Shown here in pieces: positions 27,678 through 35,676 of a stretch of DNA of 64,000 nucleotides. The DNA is from a bacterium. Lineage in GTDB: Bacteria; Patescibacteriota; Minisyncoccia; Phycocordibacterales; UBA9973. The stretch is taken from positions 80,892-144,891 of the forward strand of contig JBAWZD010000001.1 in assembly GCA_037143195.1 (NCBI GenBank). The letters run 5' to 3'. Position 1 is the first letter of the stretch. Each line of letters starts with the position of its first letter. The position numbers and the translations under genes were made by a program. The notes below the pieces were generated by a model. That model did not search any database, had not been told where the DNA came from, and was given only the letters and a program-made list of their open reading frames with translations.

Positions 27678-30020
27678 ATGCTCAAAAAGAACTTCCATCT
27701 CTGTGACCGCATTGCTCAAATTACAGTACTTGTCACCGTACTCCTTGTACTCGTCGTCTTTGTCCCTGGAGGGCTCGTTTCGCTTCCGCTCATCAAAGGG
27801 TATGTTCTTGTTGTTGGCATCTCGCTTTCACTTGTTGCATGGCTCATCGCTCGGTTGATGGAAGGTTCGCTACACTTTTCTCGTTCGTGGACGCTTCTTT
27901 CTATCGGAGTGCTTGCTGTTGTCGCGATTGTGTCGACATTCTTTTCGCATGCTCCATATCTGTCACTGTTCGGAGAACAACTTGATCAAGGTGCATGTAT
28001 TCCATTCGTTCTGATGTGTCTTTCGGTGTTTCTTGCTTCTGAACTTTTTCAAGAAGAGAAAGGGCTGTCATACTTTTTTTCATCAGCTTTTGTTTTGTAT
28101 GGAATCCTCGCCGTGTACCAACTCGTGCATTTGTTTTTCGCCGGAGCGCTTTCGTTTGGAGTATTTACAGCGAATGTCTCAACTCCACTCGGTCTCTGGA
28201 GTGATTTCTCGTATCTTTCAGGAGCAATGCTCGTTGGTTCGATCCTTGTGCATGAATTTTTCCAGTTTCCCAAAATCGTCCGCGTGATTATTTCTTGCGT
28301 TGGTGTGTTGTCACTTTTCTTTGTTGTTCTCACCAATAGTCTACTCGTGTGGCTACTTGTCGGTTTGTCGCTTCTCCTTGTACTTGTGTATCGATTGCTG
28401 TTTAGCGAACAGACAGAGGGGACACGTTTCCCAATTGTTTCGTTTCTCTTAACGATTCTTGCGATATTTATGAGTATCACGAATGCGAGTTTTGGAGGGA
28501 AGCTCGCCTCACTGCTTCACGCGCCGTACCTCGGCATTGACCCAAGTGTATCAGCCACAATCCATGTTGCGTATGAATCAATCAAATCACACCTTTTGTT
28601 TGGGGTAGGACCAAATCAATTTTTCCATGAATGGATTGCGTACCGACCACTATCGGTCAATATGAGCATGTTGTGGAATAACGTATTTTCGTTTGGTTCA
28701 AGTTTCCTACTAACGATTTCGCTCCTCACTGGTATTTTTGGGATCCTCGCGGGAATCTTCTTTGTCGGTTCGTTCCTCTGTGAAGGGTGGAAGAATTTGT
28801 TTCGACAGAGTTTTCATTCCGACAAAGAACGGGTTCACCCAGGTATTTTTGCTGTGTTTGTCAGTACACTGTACTTCTTTTTGATTGTTGTTTTTACTTC
28901 TCCTGGAATTTCAATTACGTTTTTGTCATTCTTCTTCATTGGGTTGTTTATCGCCGTGCTCACTCGCAGTGGTTTGTTTGAGCGAAGGACGATTCATTTT
29001 TCTCATAAAAAATATTTTGGTGTTCTGCTTATTTGTATCATCATACTTGGCACGACATTTTCTCTCTTTGGTATTGTTGATGCGACGAAGCGTCTCAGTG
29101 CTGGAGTCCATTACGGTCGTGGTGTTCGCGCTGCGAATGCGGGGGATGCAATTCAAGCTGACACAGAATTCGTAAAAGCGATTGCCGCTGTCGATCTTCC
29201 AAGTATCGAACGTGACCGTGTACAGCTCGCTGTAGAAATCATTCAAACAGAGTTTAGTTCATTGCCTGTGTCCGCGACCGAGCTTTCAGCTGATTCGAAA
29301 GCAATCATTCAAAATGCAATCAAAGTGGGAACATCTGCGTCGCTCGCTGCAGTATCGCTCGACACGACCGATGCGCAAAATTTCCTTGCCTATGGTGACT
29401 TCATGCAAGCACTTGCTCCACTCAAAATCCAAGCAGCGTTTGATAATAGCCGAGACGCGTATTTGAAGGCGATAAATGTCGCACCAAATTATCCGGTGTC
29501 GTACTATGATCTCGCACGCTTGTACGCAAAAAGTGGCGATACAAAAAATGCGATGAATTACGCGAGCCAAGCGCTCACAATCAAATCGAATTACACGGAT
29601 GTGTACTATCTCGAAGAACAAATCGCACTAAATCAATCCGATGTTGATACGGCAATTTCTCTGCTACAGAAGGCAATACATGCTGATCCAAGTAATGCGC
29701 AAATCTACGCAGAGCTTGGAAAAGTACAGTACGACGCTAGCAGGTACGCAGATGCCGTCGCTTCCTACGGAAGCGCAACGACGCTCGATTCAAACGATAC
29801 AGCATCATGGTTTTATTTGGCACAGTCGTTTGGAAAGACAGGGGACACCAAGGACGCAAGTATGATACTTACGGCACTCCACGCGCGGTATCCTGACAAT
29901 GCAGATATCAAAAATGCTTTACTTGCATTGACGAATCCTGCGCCGCTCAATACAACGACGGTACCTGATACGACCAAGACAAAAAAAGTGCCAGTCATTA
30001 TTCCGAAAGCCAAGAAATAA
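27678..30020 (+). CDS. Polytopic membrane protein (O-antigen ligase/Wzy_C-like) with C-terminal TPR repeats
   Basis: About 12 TM segments; LFGVGPNQF; TPR-like helices such as AINVAPNY and AIHADPSNA. Confidence 0.7.
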   Translation: MLKKNFHLCDRIAQITVLVTVLLVLVVFVPGGLVSLPLIKGYVLVVGISLSLVAWLIARLMEGSLHFSRSWTLLSIGVLAVVAIVSTFFSHAPYLSLFGEQLDQGACIPFVLMCLSVFLASELFQEEKGLSYFFSSAFVLYGILAVYQLVHLFFAGALSFGVFTANVSTPLGLWSDFSYLSGAMLVGSILVHEFFQFPKIVRVIISCVGVLSLFFVVLTNSLLVWLLVGLSLLLVLVYRLLFSEQTEGTRFPIVSFLLTILAIFMSITNASFGGKLASLLHAPYLGIDPSVSATIHVAYESIKSHLLFGVGPNQFFHEWIAYRPLSVNMSMLWNNVFSFGSSFLLTISLLTGIFGILAGIFFVGSFLCEGWKNLFRQSFHSDKERVHPGIFAVFVSTLYFFLIVVFTSPGISITFLSFFFIGLFIAVLTRSGLFERRTIHFSHKKYFGVLLICIIILGTTFSLFGIVDATKRLSAGVHYGRGVRAANAGDAIQADTEFVKAIAAVDLPSIERDRVQLAVEIIQTEFSSLPVSATELSADSKAIIQNAIKVGTSASLAAVSLDTTDAQNFLAYGDFMQALAPLKIQAAFDNSRDAYLKAINVAPNYPVSYYDLARLYAKSGDTKNAMNYASQALTIKSNYTDVYYLEEQIALNQSDVDTAISLLQKAIHADPSNAQIYAELGKVQYDASRYADAVASYGSATTLDSNDTASWFYLAQSFGKTGDTKDASMILTALHARYPDNADIKNALLALTNPAPLNTTTVPDTTKTKKVPVIIPKAKK

Positions 30021-31703
30021 ATGATTCGAAAATTACTCGACATGGTGAATCGACGTTTCCAAGGAATGCACGAAGCAGCCATCCTGCTTGGGGTATTTTC
30101 TCTCGTCTCTCAACTCATCGGTCTGTTTCGCGATCGCATGCTCGCGCATATGATTGGCCCAGGACCAACGCTCGACGTCTACTATGCTGCGTTTCAAATT
30201 CCCAATTTCATTTTCATTTCGATTGCTTCACTCGCATCAATCACAGTCCTCATGCCGTTTCTCGTTGCTCGAATGGACGGAGATGGTCAAGAGTCTGCAC
30301 GTACATTTTTTAGCGACGTACTCTCGGGCTTTTTCCTCTTGCTTGTTGCTGTCTCAATCGGTGTGTTTTTCTTGATGCCGTGGCTCGCGCGTATCATTGC
30401 TCCAGGGTTTTCAACGGACCAATTGCACGAGCTTGTTGCCGTCAGTCGCATCATGCTTCTCTCGCCGATATTCATGGGTCTCTCAAATATGCTCGGTACG
30501 GTGACTCAGCTTTTGCGAAAGTTTTTTGTATTTTCACTTTCGCCAATTTTTTATAACGTGGGTATTATTCTCGGTATCGTCTTTCTGTATCCGCGATATG
30601 GTGTCGCAGGGCTTGCCATTGGTGTTGTATTTGGAGCACTTCTTCATCTTCTCATTCAAGTGCCTACACTCTGGAGCGCAGGCTTTGCTCCGAGTATTAC
30701 GAGACGTCTCGATCGTTCGACGATTCGACAGGTCGTCGCGCTCTCACTTCCACGCACCCTTGGTATTTCTATGAATAGTCTCGCGCTCCTTGCTGTCGTA
30801 GCGATTGGGTCAACGCTTTCATCGGGTTCTATTTCTATTTTTAATTTTGCACTCAATCTTGAAACGACTCCGGTCGGGATTATCGGTATTTCATATGCAG
30901 TAGCTTCGTTCCCAATTTTGTCTGAAGCTTTTGCGCGAGGGGAGAAAGAGAAGTGGCAGAGTTGTATTCTCTCGGCCACACGCCAAATTATTTTTTGGTC
31001 ACTTCCGCTCACTGCGCTTCTCATCGTGCTTCGCGCCCAGATTGTGCGTGTCACACTCGGCACGGGAGCATTTAGTTGGGCTGACACCAAGCTCACCGCT
31101 GCGTGTTTCGCACTCTTTACTATCGGTCTCATTGCACAAAACATGGTACTCGTTTCGACTCGTGCGTTTTATGCCGCACACAACACAAAGACACCGCTCT
31201 ACATCAATGCGATTTGCTCGATTGGGATTATCGGTCTCGCATTCTTTTTGAAATATGAATTTTTGAACACTCCACTCTTCCGTTATTTCATTGAGTCACT
31301 GCTTCGTGTTGGTGACGTCCCAGGGACATCGGTGCTCATGCTTCCACTCGCATATTCACTTGGAACACTCGTGAATGCACTTTTGCATTGGGTGGATTTG
31401 CGCAAGCGCTATCTCGACACGACTGGCACGCTCCCGCGTGCCACATTCGAAGCCATCGGCGCCTCATTCGTGACAGGTGCGGTCGCCTACGGCTCCCTCA
31501 ACATCCTCTCAAACGTCTTTTCAATGCACACATTTTGGGGCGTGCTCATGCAAGGAGGGCTCGCCTGTCTCGCAGGTACCATTGCCGGCATCATCGTGCT
31601 CGCCCTCCTCAAGAGCGAGTCATTGTTCGAAATTTGGTCCGCCTTTCGCAAAAAATTCTGGCGCGTCGACCTCGTCACCTCCGAGGAGTTATCAACAAAA
31701 TAG
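30021..31703 (+). CDS. murJ: Lipid II flippase MurJ
   Basis: GLFRDRMLA, YYAAFQIPN, IIAPGF and RAFYA..NTKTP. Confidence 0.9.
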   Translation: MIRKLLDMVNRRFQGMHEAAILLGVFSLVSQLIGLFRDRMLAHMIGPGPTLDVYYAAFQIPNFIFISIASLASITVLMPFLVARMDGDGQESARTFFSDVLSGFFLLLVAVSIGVFFLMPWLARIIAPGFSTDQLHELVAVSRIMLLSPIFMGLSNMLGTVTQLLRKFFVFSLSPIFYNVGIILGIVFLYPRYGVAGLAIGVVFGALLHLLIQVPTLWSAGFAPSITRRLDRSTIRQVVALSLPRTLGISMNSLALLAVVAIGSTLSSGSISIFNFALNLETTPVGIIGISYAVASFPILSEAFARGEKEKWQSCILSATRQIIFWSLPLTALLIVLRAQIVRVTLGTGAFSWADTKLTAACFALFTIGLIAQNMVLVSTRAFYAAHNTKTPLYINAICSIGIIGLAFFLKYEFLNTPLFRYFIESLLRVGDVPGTSVLMLPLAYSLGTLVNALLHWVDLRKRYLDTTGTLPRATFEAIGASFVTGAVAYGSLNILSNVFSMHTFWGVLMQGGLACLAGTIAGIIVLALLKSESLFEIWSAFRKKFWRVDLVTSEELSTK

Positions 31704-31709
31704 GGTTTG

Positions 31710-31737
31710 TTGACATTGAGGCAGTACAAGGTAGATT
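31710..31737 (+). promoter_or_regulatory. Promoter TTGACA-N16-TAGATT
   Basis: Perfect -35 and plausible -10 upstream of the micro-ORF at 31757. Confidence 0.5.
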
Positions 31738-31756
31738 TGACTCAAATATAAAAACG

Positions 31757-31825
31757 ATGAAAAAATTATTTCGGGCCACACATGGTCCAACCAAACCTCG
31801 AGGTCAACATACCGTTCGGGGATAA
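31757..31825 (+). CDS. Putative 22-aa peptide (or an sRNA unit)
   Basis: MKKLFRATHGPTKPRGQHTVRG* between a promoter and a terminator. Confidence 0.3.
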   Translation: MKKLFRATHGPTKPRGQHTVRG

Positions 31826-31847
31826 GTAAAAAAATTGTATAATATTT

Positions 31848-31872
31848 AAAAAAAGGATCTTCGGATCCTTTT
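31848..31872 (+). terminator. Intrinsic terminator
   Basis: AAAAGGATC-TTCG-GATCCTTTT with UUCG tetraloop. Confidence 0.75.
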
Positions 31873-31900
31873 GTAGTTTTTCGGACATTTTTCTGTTAGT

Positions 31901-33733
31901 ATGGCGGAGTACATGGATTTACAGCATATTCGCAATTTCAGCATCATCGCCCATATTGACCACGGCAAGTCGACCCTTGCCGACCGCATGCTTGAGGTCA
32001 CGGGGACTATCGAGGCGCGCAAAATGCGCGACCAAGTGCTCGACAATATGGAGCTCGAACGTGAGCGTGGCATTACCATCAAGATGCAGCCAGTTCGTAT
32101 GCAACACAAAGTGGGGAATGACAGCTATCAGCTCAACCTCATCGATACCCCCGGACATATCGACTTTTCATATGAAGTTTCGCGTGCGCTCAAGGCCGTA
32201 GAAGGCTCAATCCTGCTCGTAGACTCGACTCAGGGTGTGCAGGCCCAAACGTTGACGACACTCGATGCTGCACGCAAGGAGGGGCTTGTTATCGTGCCTG
32301 TCGTGTCCAAGATTGATTCGCCACTCGCGCGTCCCGAAGAAGTGAAGCTTGAAATCGCCACACTGCTCGACATTGACCCCGACGATGTGCTCGAAGTTTC
32401 AGGACGTACTGGTCAAGGCGTCGAAGCTTTGCTCAAAGCCGTGATTGAACGCATCCCACCTCCAGCGCCTGCCGCTATCGCAAGTGGTTCTGGACTCAAA
32501 GCACTCGTGTTTGATTTTAAATATGATGACCACAAAGGCGTGATCGTGTATGTTCGTGTTTTTGAAGGTTCGGTCAAACGTCACGATCGTTTGCTCTTTT
32601 CGATTGCAGGTGAGAAATTCATCGCACTTGAAGTTGGAGTTTTTATGCCGTTCGAAGAAGCGCGCGATACATTGTCTGCGGGTGAAATCGGATACATCGT
32701 GACAGGTGTCAAACAGCCAGGTATTGCAAGTGTGGGAGATACAATCACCACAGAAAAGAATCCACTCCCAGCGCTTGCGGGATATGACAATCCACGACCC
32801 GTCGTATGGGCTTCAATATATCCAGAAAGTCAGGATGATTTTCCTGCGCTTCGCACCGCACTCGGACGACTTAAATTGTCTGACTCAGCATTCACGTTTG
32901 AAGAAGAATCAAGTGGGGCACTTGGTCGTGGATTTCGTGCAGGATTCCTTGGGATGCTTCACCTCGAAATCATCACCGAGCGTTTGCGTCGCGAATACCG
33001 TCTCGAGCTCATTGTGACGACGCCATCGATCACGTATATGGTGACGAAGCGTAGTGGCAAAGTCGAGACTGTGTATTCACCGCACCTCTTTCCAAACGAT
33101 GGAGACATCGTATCTGTCGACGAGCCATGGGCGAATGTGCGCATCATTACGCCTGAGCGATATATTGGAATCCTTATGCCGTTTTTGTACGGTCATGAGG
33201 CAGAAATTGGTACGACAGAAACCTTCGGAGAAGGACGTTCTGCGGTCAGTATTGTCATGCCACTTCGTGAAATGATGCGCGGATTTTTTGATGAGCTCAA
33301 GAGTCTGACGAGTGGATATGCTTCTATCACGTATTCGCTCGCGGGGCTTCGCCCCGCGAGCGTGACCCGCATGGACATCGTTCTTGCCGACGAAGTCGTC
33401 CCAGCATTCACTCGTGTCATCGCCAAGCGCCGTGCACAAGATGAAGCCGATGAGTCAACAGAAAAATTGCAAACGATTTTGCCACGACAGCAATTTGAAA
33501 TGAAAGTGCAAGCAGTCGCACTCGGCAAAATCCTCTCATCCAAAACAATCAAAGCATTCCGCAAAGATGTGCTCATGCACGGATCCAAAGTCGTGGGTGG
33601 AGGAGACGTATCTCGCAAAAAGAAATTGCTCGAAAAACAAAAGAAAGGAAAGGCTCGCATGCGCGATGCCGCCAAGGTGAACATTCCTCACGACGTCTTT
33701 TTGAAAATGATGCAGAGGGGAGACAACGCGTAA
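31901..33733 (+). CDS. lepA: Elongation factor 4 (LepA)
   Basis: IRNFSIIAHIDHGKSTLADR, DTPGHIDF, GFLGMLH and RKKKLLEKQKKGK. Confidence 0.97.
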   Translation: MAEYMDLQHIRNFSIIAHIDHGKSTLADRMLEVTGTIEARKMRDQVLDNMELERERGITIKMQPVRMQHKVGNDSYQLNLIDTPGHIDFSYEVSRALKAVEGSILLVDSTQGVQAQTLTTLDAARKEGLVIVPVVSKIDSPLARPEEVKLEIATLLDIDPDDVLEVSGRTGQGVEALLKAVIERIPPPAPAAIASGSGLKALVFDFKYDDHKGVIVYVRVFEGSVKRHDRLLFSIAGEKFIALEVGVFMPFEEARDTLSAGEIGYIVTGVKQPGIASVGDTITTEKNPLPALAGYDNPRPVVWASIYPESQDDFPALRTALGRLKLSDSAFTFEEESSGALGRGFRAGFLGMLHLEIITERLRREYRLELIVTTPSITYMVTKRSGKVETVYSPHLFPNDGDIVSVDEPWANVRIITPERYIGILMPFLYGHEAEIGTTETFGEGRSAVSIVMPLREMMRGFFDELKSLTSGYASITYSLAGLRPASVTRMDIVLADEVVPAFTRVIAKRRAQDEADESTEKLQTILPRQQFEMKVQAVALGKILSSKTIKAFRKDVLMHGSKVVGGGDVSRKKKLLEKQKKGKARMRDAAKVNIPHDVFLKMMQRGDNA

Positions 33734-33854
33734 GGCGGGCGCATACAAAAAATCCTTTGAAAGCACCGGCGTAAAATCCTGAAGGATTTTCGCCTCCCTC
33801 TCGCGCCGTCGCGCTCCGAGAGTGCTTTCAAAGGTTTTTTTGCTTGCGCCCGCC
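33734..33854. repeat. Y-shaped inverted-repeat element 1 (33-bp arms enclosing two hairpins)
   Basis: Arms 33734-33766 and 33822-33854 match at 30/33 nt; inner hairpins GGCG(T)AAAATCC-TGAA-GGATTTTCGCC and CTCTCGCGC-CGTC-GCGC(TCC)GAGAG. Confidence 0.85.
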
Positions 33855-33862
33855 GTCCGTGC

Positions 33863-33973
33863 TTACTTCATGAACAAGACTGGCATGTACAAAGCAATCA
33901 TGAGAACAATGATCAATACTGAGACGATGCCCCAGGCGATATTCATGCGTTTTTTGTGTTTTTTCGAAAACAT
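33863..33973 (-). CDS. Small single-TM protein (36 aa), absent from the ORF track
   Basis: Hand translation MFSKKHKKRMNIAWGIVSVLIIVLMIALYMPVLFMK*: basic N-terminus followed by one TM helix. Confidence 0.65.
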   Translation of the reverse strand: MFSKKHKKRMNIAWGIVSVLIIVLMIALYMPVLFMK

Positions 33974-34040
33974 CATAGAGATATGTTGGAAGTTTGCACT
34001 TCAGGTACTACAATGGGTAATAGCTCAAAGCTACCACGAA

Positions 34041-34430
34041 ATGGCATATTTTAAAAGGACGAACATTTTTCAAAGCATTGTCTTCTCTCGGCTCATGGCG
34101 CTCGCGGTTTTGCTCGCGATCGTGTTCATGGCGTTTGCTCTCTACTCGATCGTCGGCAAAAGCATCGACGCCTCAAACGCCCGCAAACTCGCCGAATCGC
34201 AAGCAGTCGAACTCAAACAAAAACAGCTCGACCTCGACAAAAAACTCACCGACCTCAACACCACAAGTGGCCAAGAAGCCCTCCTCCGCGAACAATATCC
34301 CGTCGTCAAACCAGGGGAGCACGTTGTGGTCATAACAGATACAGATAGTGGAAGTGTCGCTGTACCTCAAGCAAACCAAGATGTTCCGCACACGGGATTT
34401 TGGACGCTCGTGAAGAGCTATTTTAAATAG
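34041..34430 (+). CDS. Septum formation initiator FtsB/DivIC-like protein
   Basis: TM helix, coiled coil, then EALLREQYPVVKPGEHVVVI (DivIC-type motif). Start set to ATG 34041. Confidence 0.75.
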   Translation: MAYFKRTNIFQSIVFSRLMALAVLLAIVFMAFALYSIVGKSIDASNARKLAESQAVELKQKQLDLDKKLTDLNTTSGQEALLREQYPVVKPGEHVVVITDTDSGSVAVPQANQDVPHTGFWTLVKSYFK

Positions 34431-34451
34431 AAAACGAAATCATCATTTTCG

Positions 34452-34480
34452 TTGACGGAATCACTTTAGTTTGATAAAGT
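34452..34480 (+). promoter_or_regulatory. Promoter TTGACG-N17-TAAAGT
   Basis: Upstream of the orphan lipoprotein gene at 34533. Confidence 0.45.
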
Positions 34481-34532
34481 GTACGCAAGGTATACAGCCG
34501 CCGAAAAGGGCTTAACTTTCAATACATTTATA

Positions 34533-34886
34533 ATGAAAAAAGTATTTCTTGTACTCACACTGGTTTGCTTTGGCTCAGGTTGCCAGCGAATTTCAGAACG
34601 AAGTTTTGAGACAAAAGTAACCAATGATTCTGGGTTGGTTACCAAGATCAACAAAAAGGGAAACGGCAAGATATTTGCCGTGGAGGTGACTGTTTCCTAC
34701 AGCCCAAACCCGATTTCGTTTAACAACGAATATTTACAAGATCCGCAATTTTTGTTTGATGCAGATCTCGCTTATTCTCTTAACCAAAGAGTAGGCATAG
34801 AACTCAAAAGAAATTATGAGTACGAAGCAGGTGTGGATGGTAGAACCGACACTACAACATTGAGCGCTACGTATACGCTCAAATAG
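34533..34886 (+). CDS. Hypothetical lipoprotein (AT-rich orphan)
   Basis: MKKVFLVLTLVCFGSGC lipoprotein-like signal. Confidence 0.6.
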   Translation: MKKVFLVLTLVCFGSGCQRISERSFETKVTNDSGLVTKINKKGNGKIFAVEVTVSYSPNPISFNNEYLQDPQFLFDADLAYSLNQRVGIELKRNYEYEAGVDGRTDTTTLSATYTLK

Positions 34887-34930
34887 TTTCTACACTGTTT
34901 GTGTATTCATTAAATTTCAACATGGAATTT

Positions 34931-34960
34931 AAAAACACCCTGCAAAAGCAGGGTATTTTT
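34931..34960 (+). terminator. Intrinsic terminator
   Basis: AAAAACACCCTGC-AAAA-GCAGGGTATTTTT. Confidence 0.7.
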
Positions 34961-35127
34961 AAATGTGCGCCGTACTGGAGAGTGTTAGAACTGAATTGAT
35001 GAAATCGCCAGTTTTGCCGTATGTACCTGACCTCTCAAAATGGTCTTTACACATATAAATAAAAATGGTATTATAAAAATTAAGTTATAATGATAAAAAA
35101 ATTTTTTAACCTTCCAAACTTAATAAC

Positions 35128-35448
35128 ATGGTCAGTGGACATTTAATGATTGGTGTTGCAAACAGCGCAGATCGCCTTCGCGCAAACAGAAAGGCAGAAA
35201 TTGTATCTTACTTCCGATACCGTGACTTCGAATCTGCAAAAAAATTAATTAGAAAGGACCAATTCGAAATTGGTACAGGCTTAGGACTCTGCGCAGTTCT
35301 AATCTCATTCGCTATTTTTGGCGGGTTCCCCATTAACCTTATCTGCGGTATCTTAGGGGTATTCACATCTATTGCCTTCGCTCCTGCGTACATCTCAGAT
35401 CTTGTATTCGATTACAAGGTAATGCAACGGATCAAAAAGTATCATTAA
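35128..35448 (+). CDS. Hypothetical 2-TM protein (AT-rich orphan)
   Basis: 106 aa with two hydrophobic helices; TTTACA-N17-TATTAT upstream. Confidence 0.6.
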   Translation: MVSGHLMIGVANSADRLRANRKAEIVSYFRYRDFESAKKLIRKDQFEIGTGLGLCAVLISFAIFGGFPINLICGILGVFTSIAFAPAYISDLVFDYKVMQRIKKYH

Positions 35449-35471
35449 GTTCGAGCCCGAAAAAGGGTACG

Positions 35472-35505
35472 AAAAAATAACCTTGCCAAGGCAAGGTTAT
35501 TTTTT
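35472..35505. terminator. Bidirectional terminator at the tRNA-Tyr 3' end
   Basis: AAAAAATAACCTTGCC-AA-GGCAAGGTTATTTTTT. Confidence 0.8.
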
Positions 35506-35508
35506 ATG

Positions 35509-35591
35509 TGCGTCGGGTAGGATTCGAACCTACGAAGGCCGAAGCCGACAGATTTACAGTCTGTTGTGATAGACCACTCCACCACCGACGC
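35509..35591 (-). tRNA. tRNA-Tyr(GTA), CCA not encoded
   Basis: Acceptor GCGTCGG/CCGACGC; anticodon arm ACAGA-CT-GTA-AA-TCTGT; long variable arm; GTTCGAATC. Confidence 0.95.
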
Positions 35592-35676
35592 ATAGACGAG
35601 AACCCATACAGTATACACATTTCGGCTCGAGTTTCAATCGCTTTACATTTCAAAATAACCCTGTAAAATAAGGGTT

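Noticed and set aside
33822-34040. N-terminal extension of the ftsB-like ORF
   Set aside because: Crosses the Y-shaped element and the antisense 36-aa gene; ATG 34041 gives a normal FtsB-like length.
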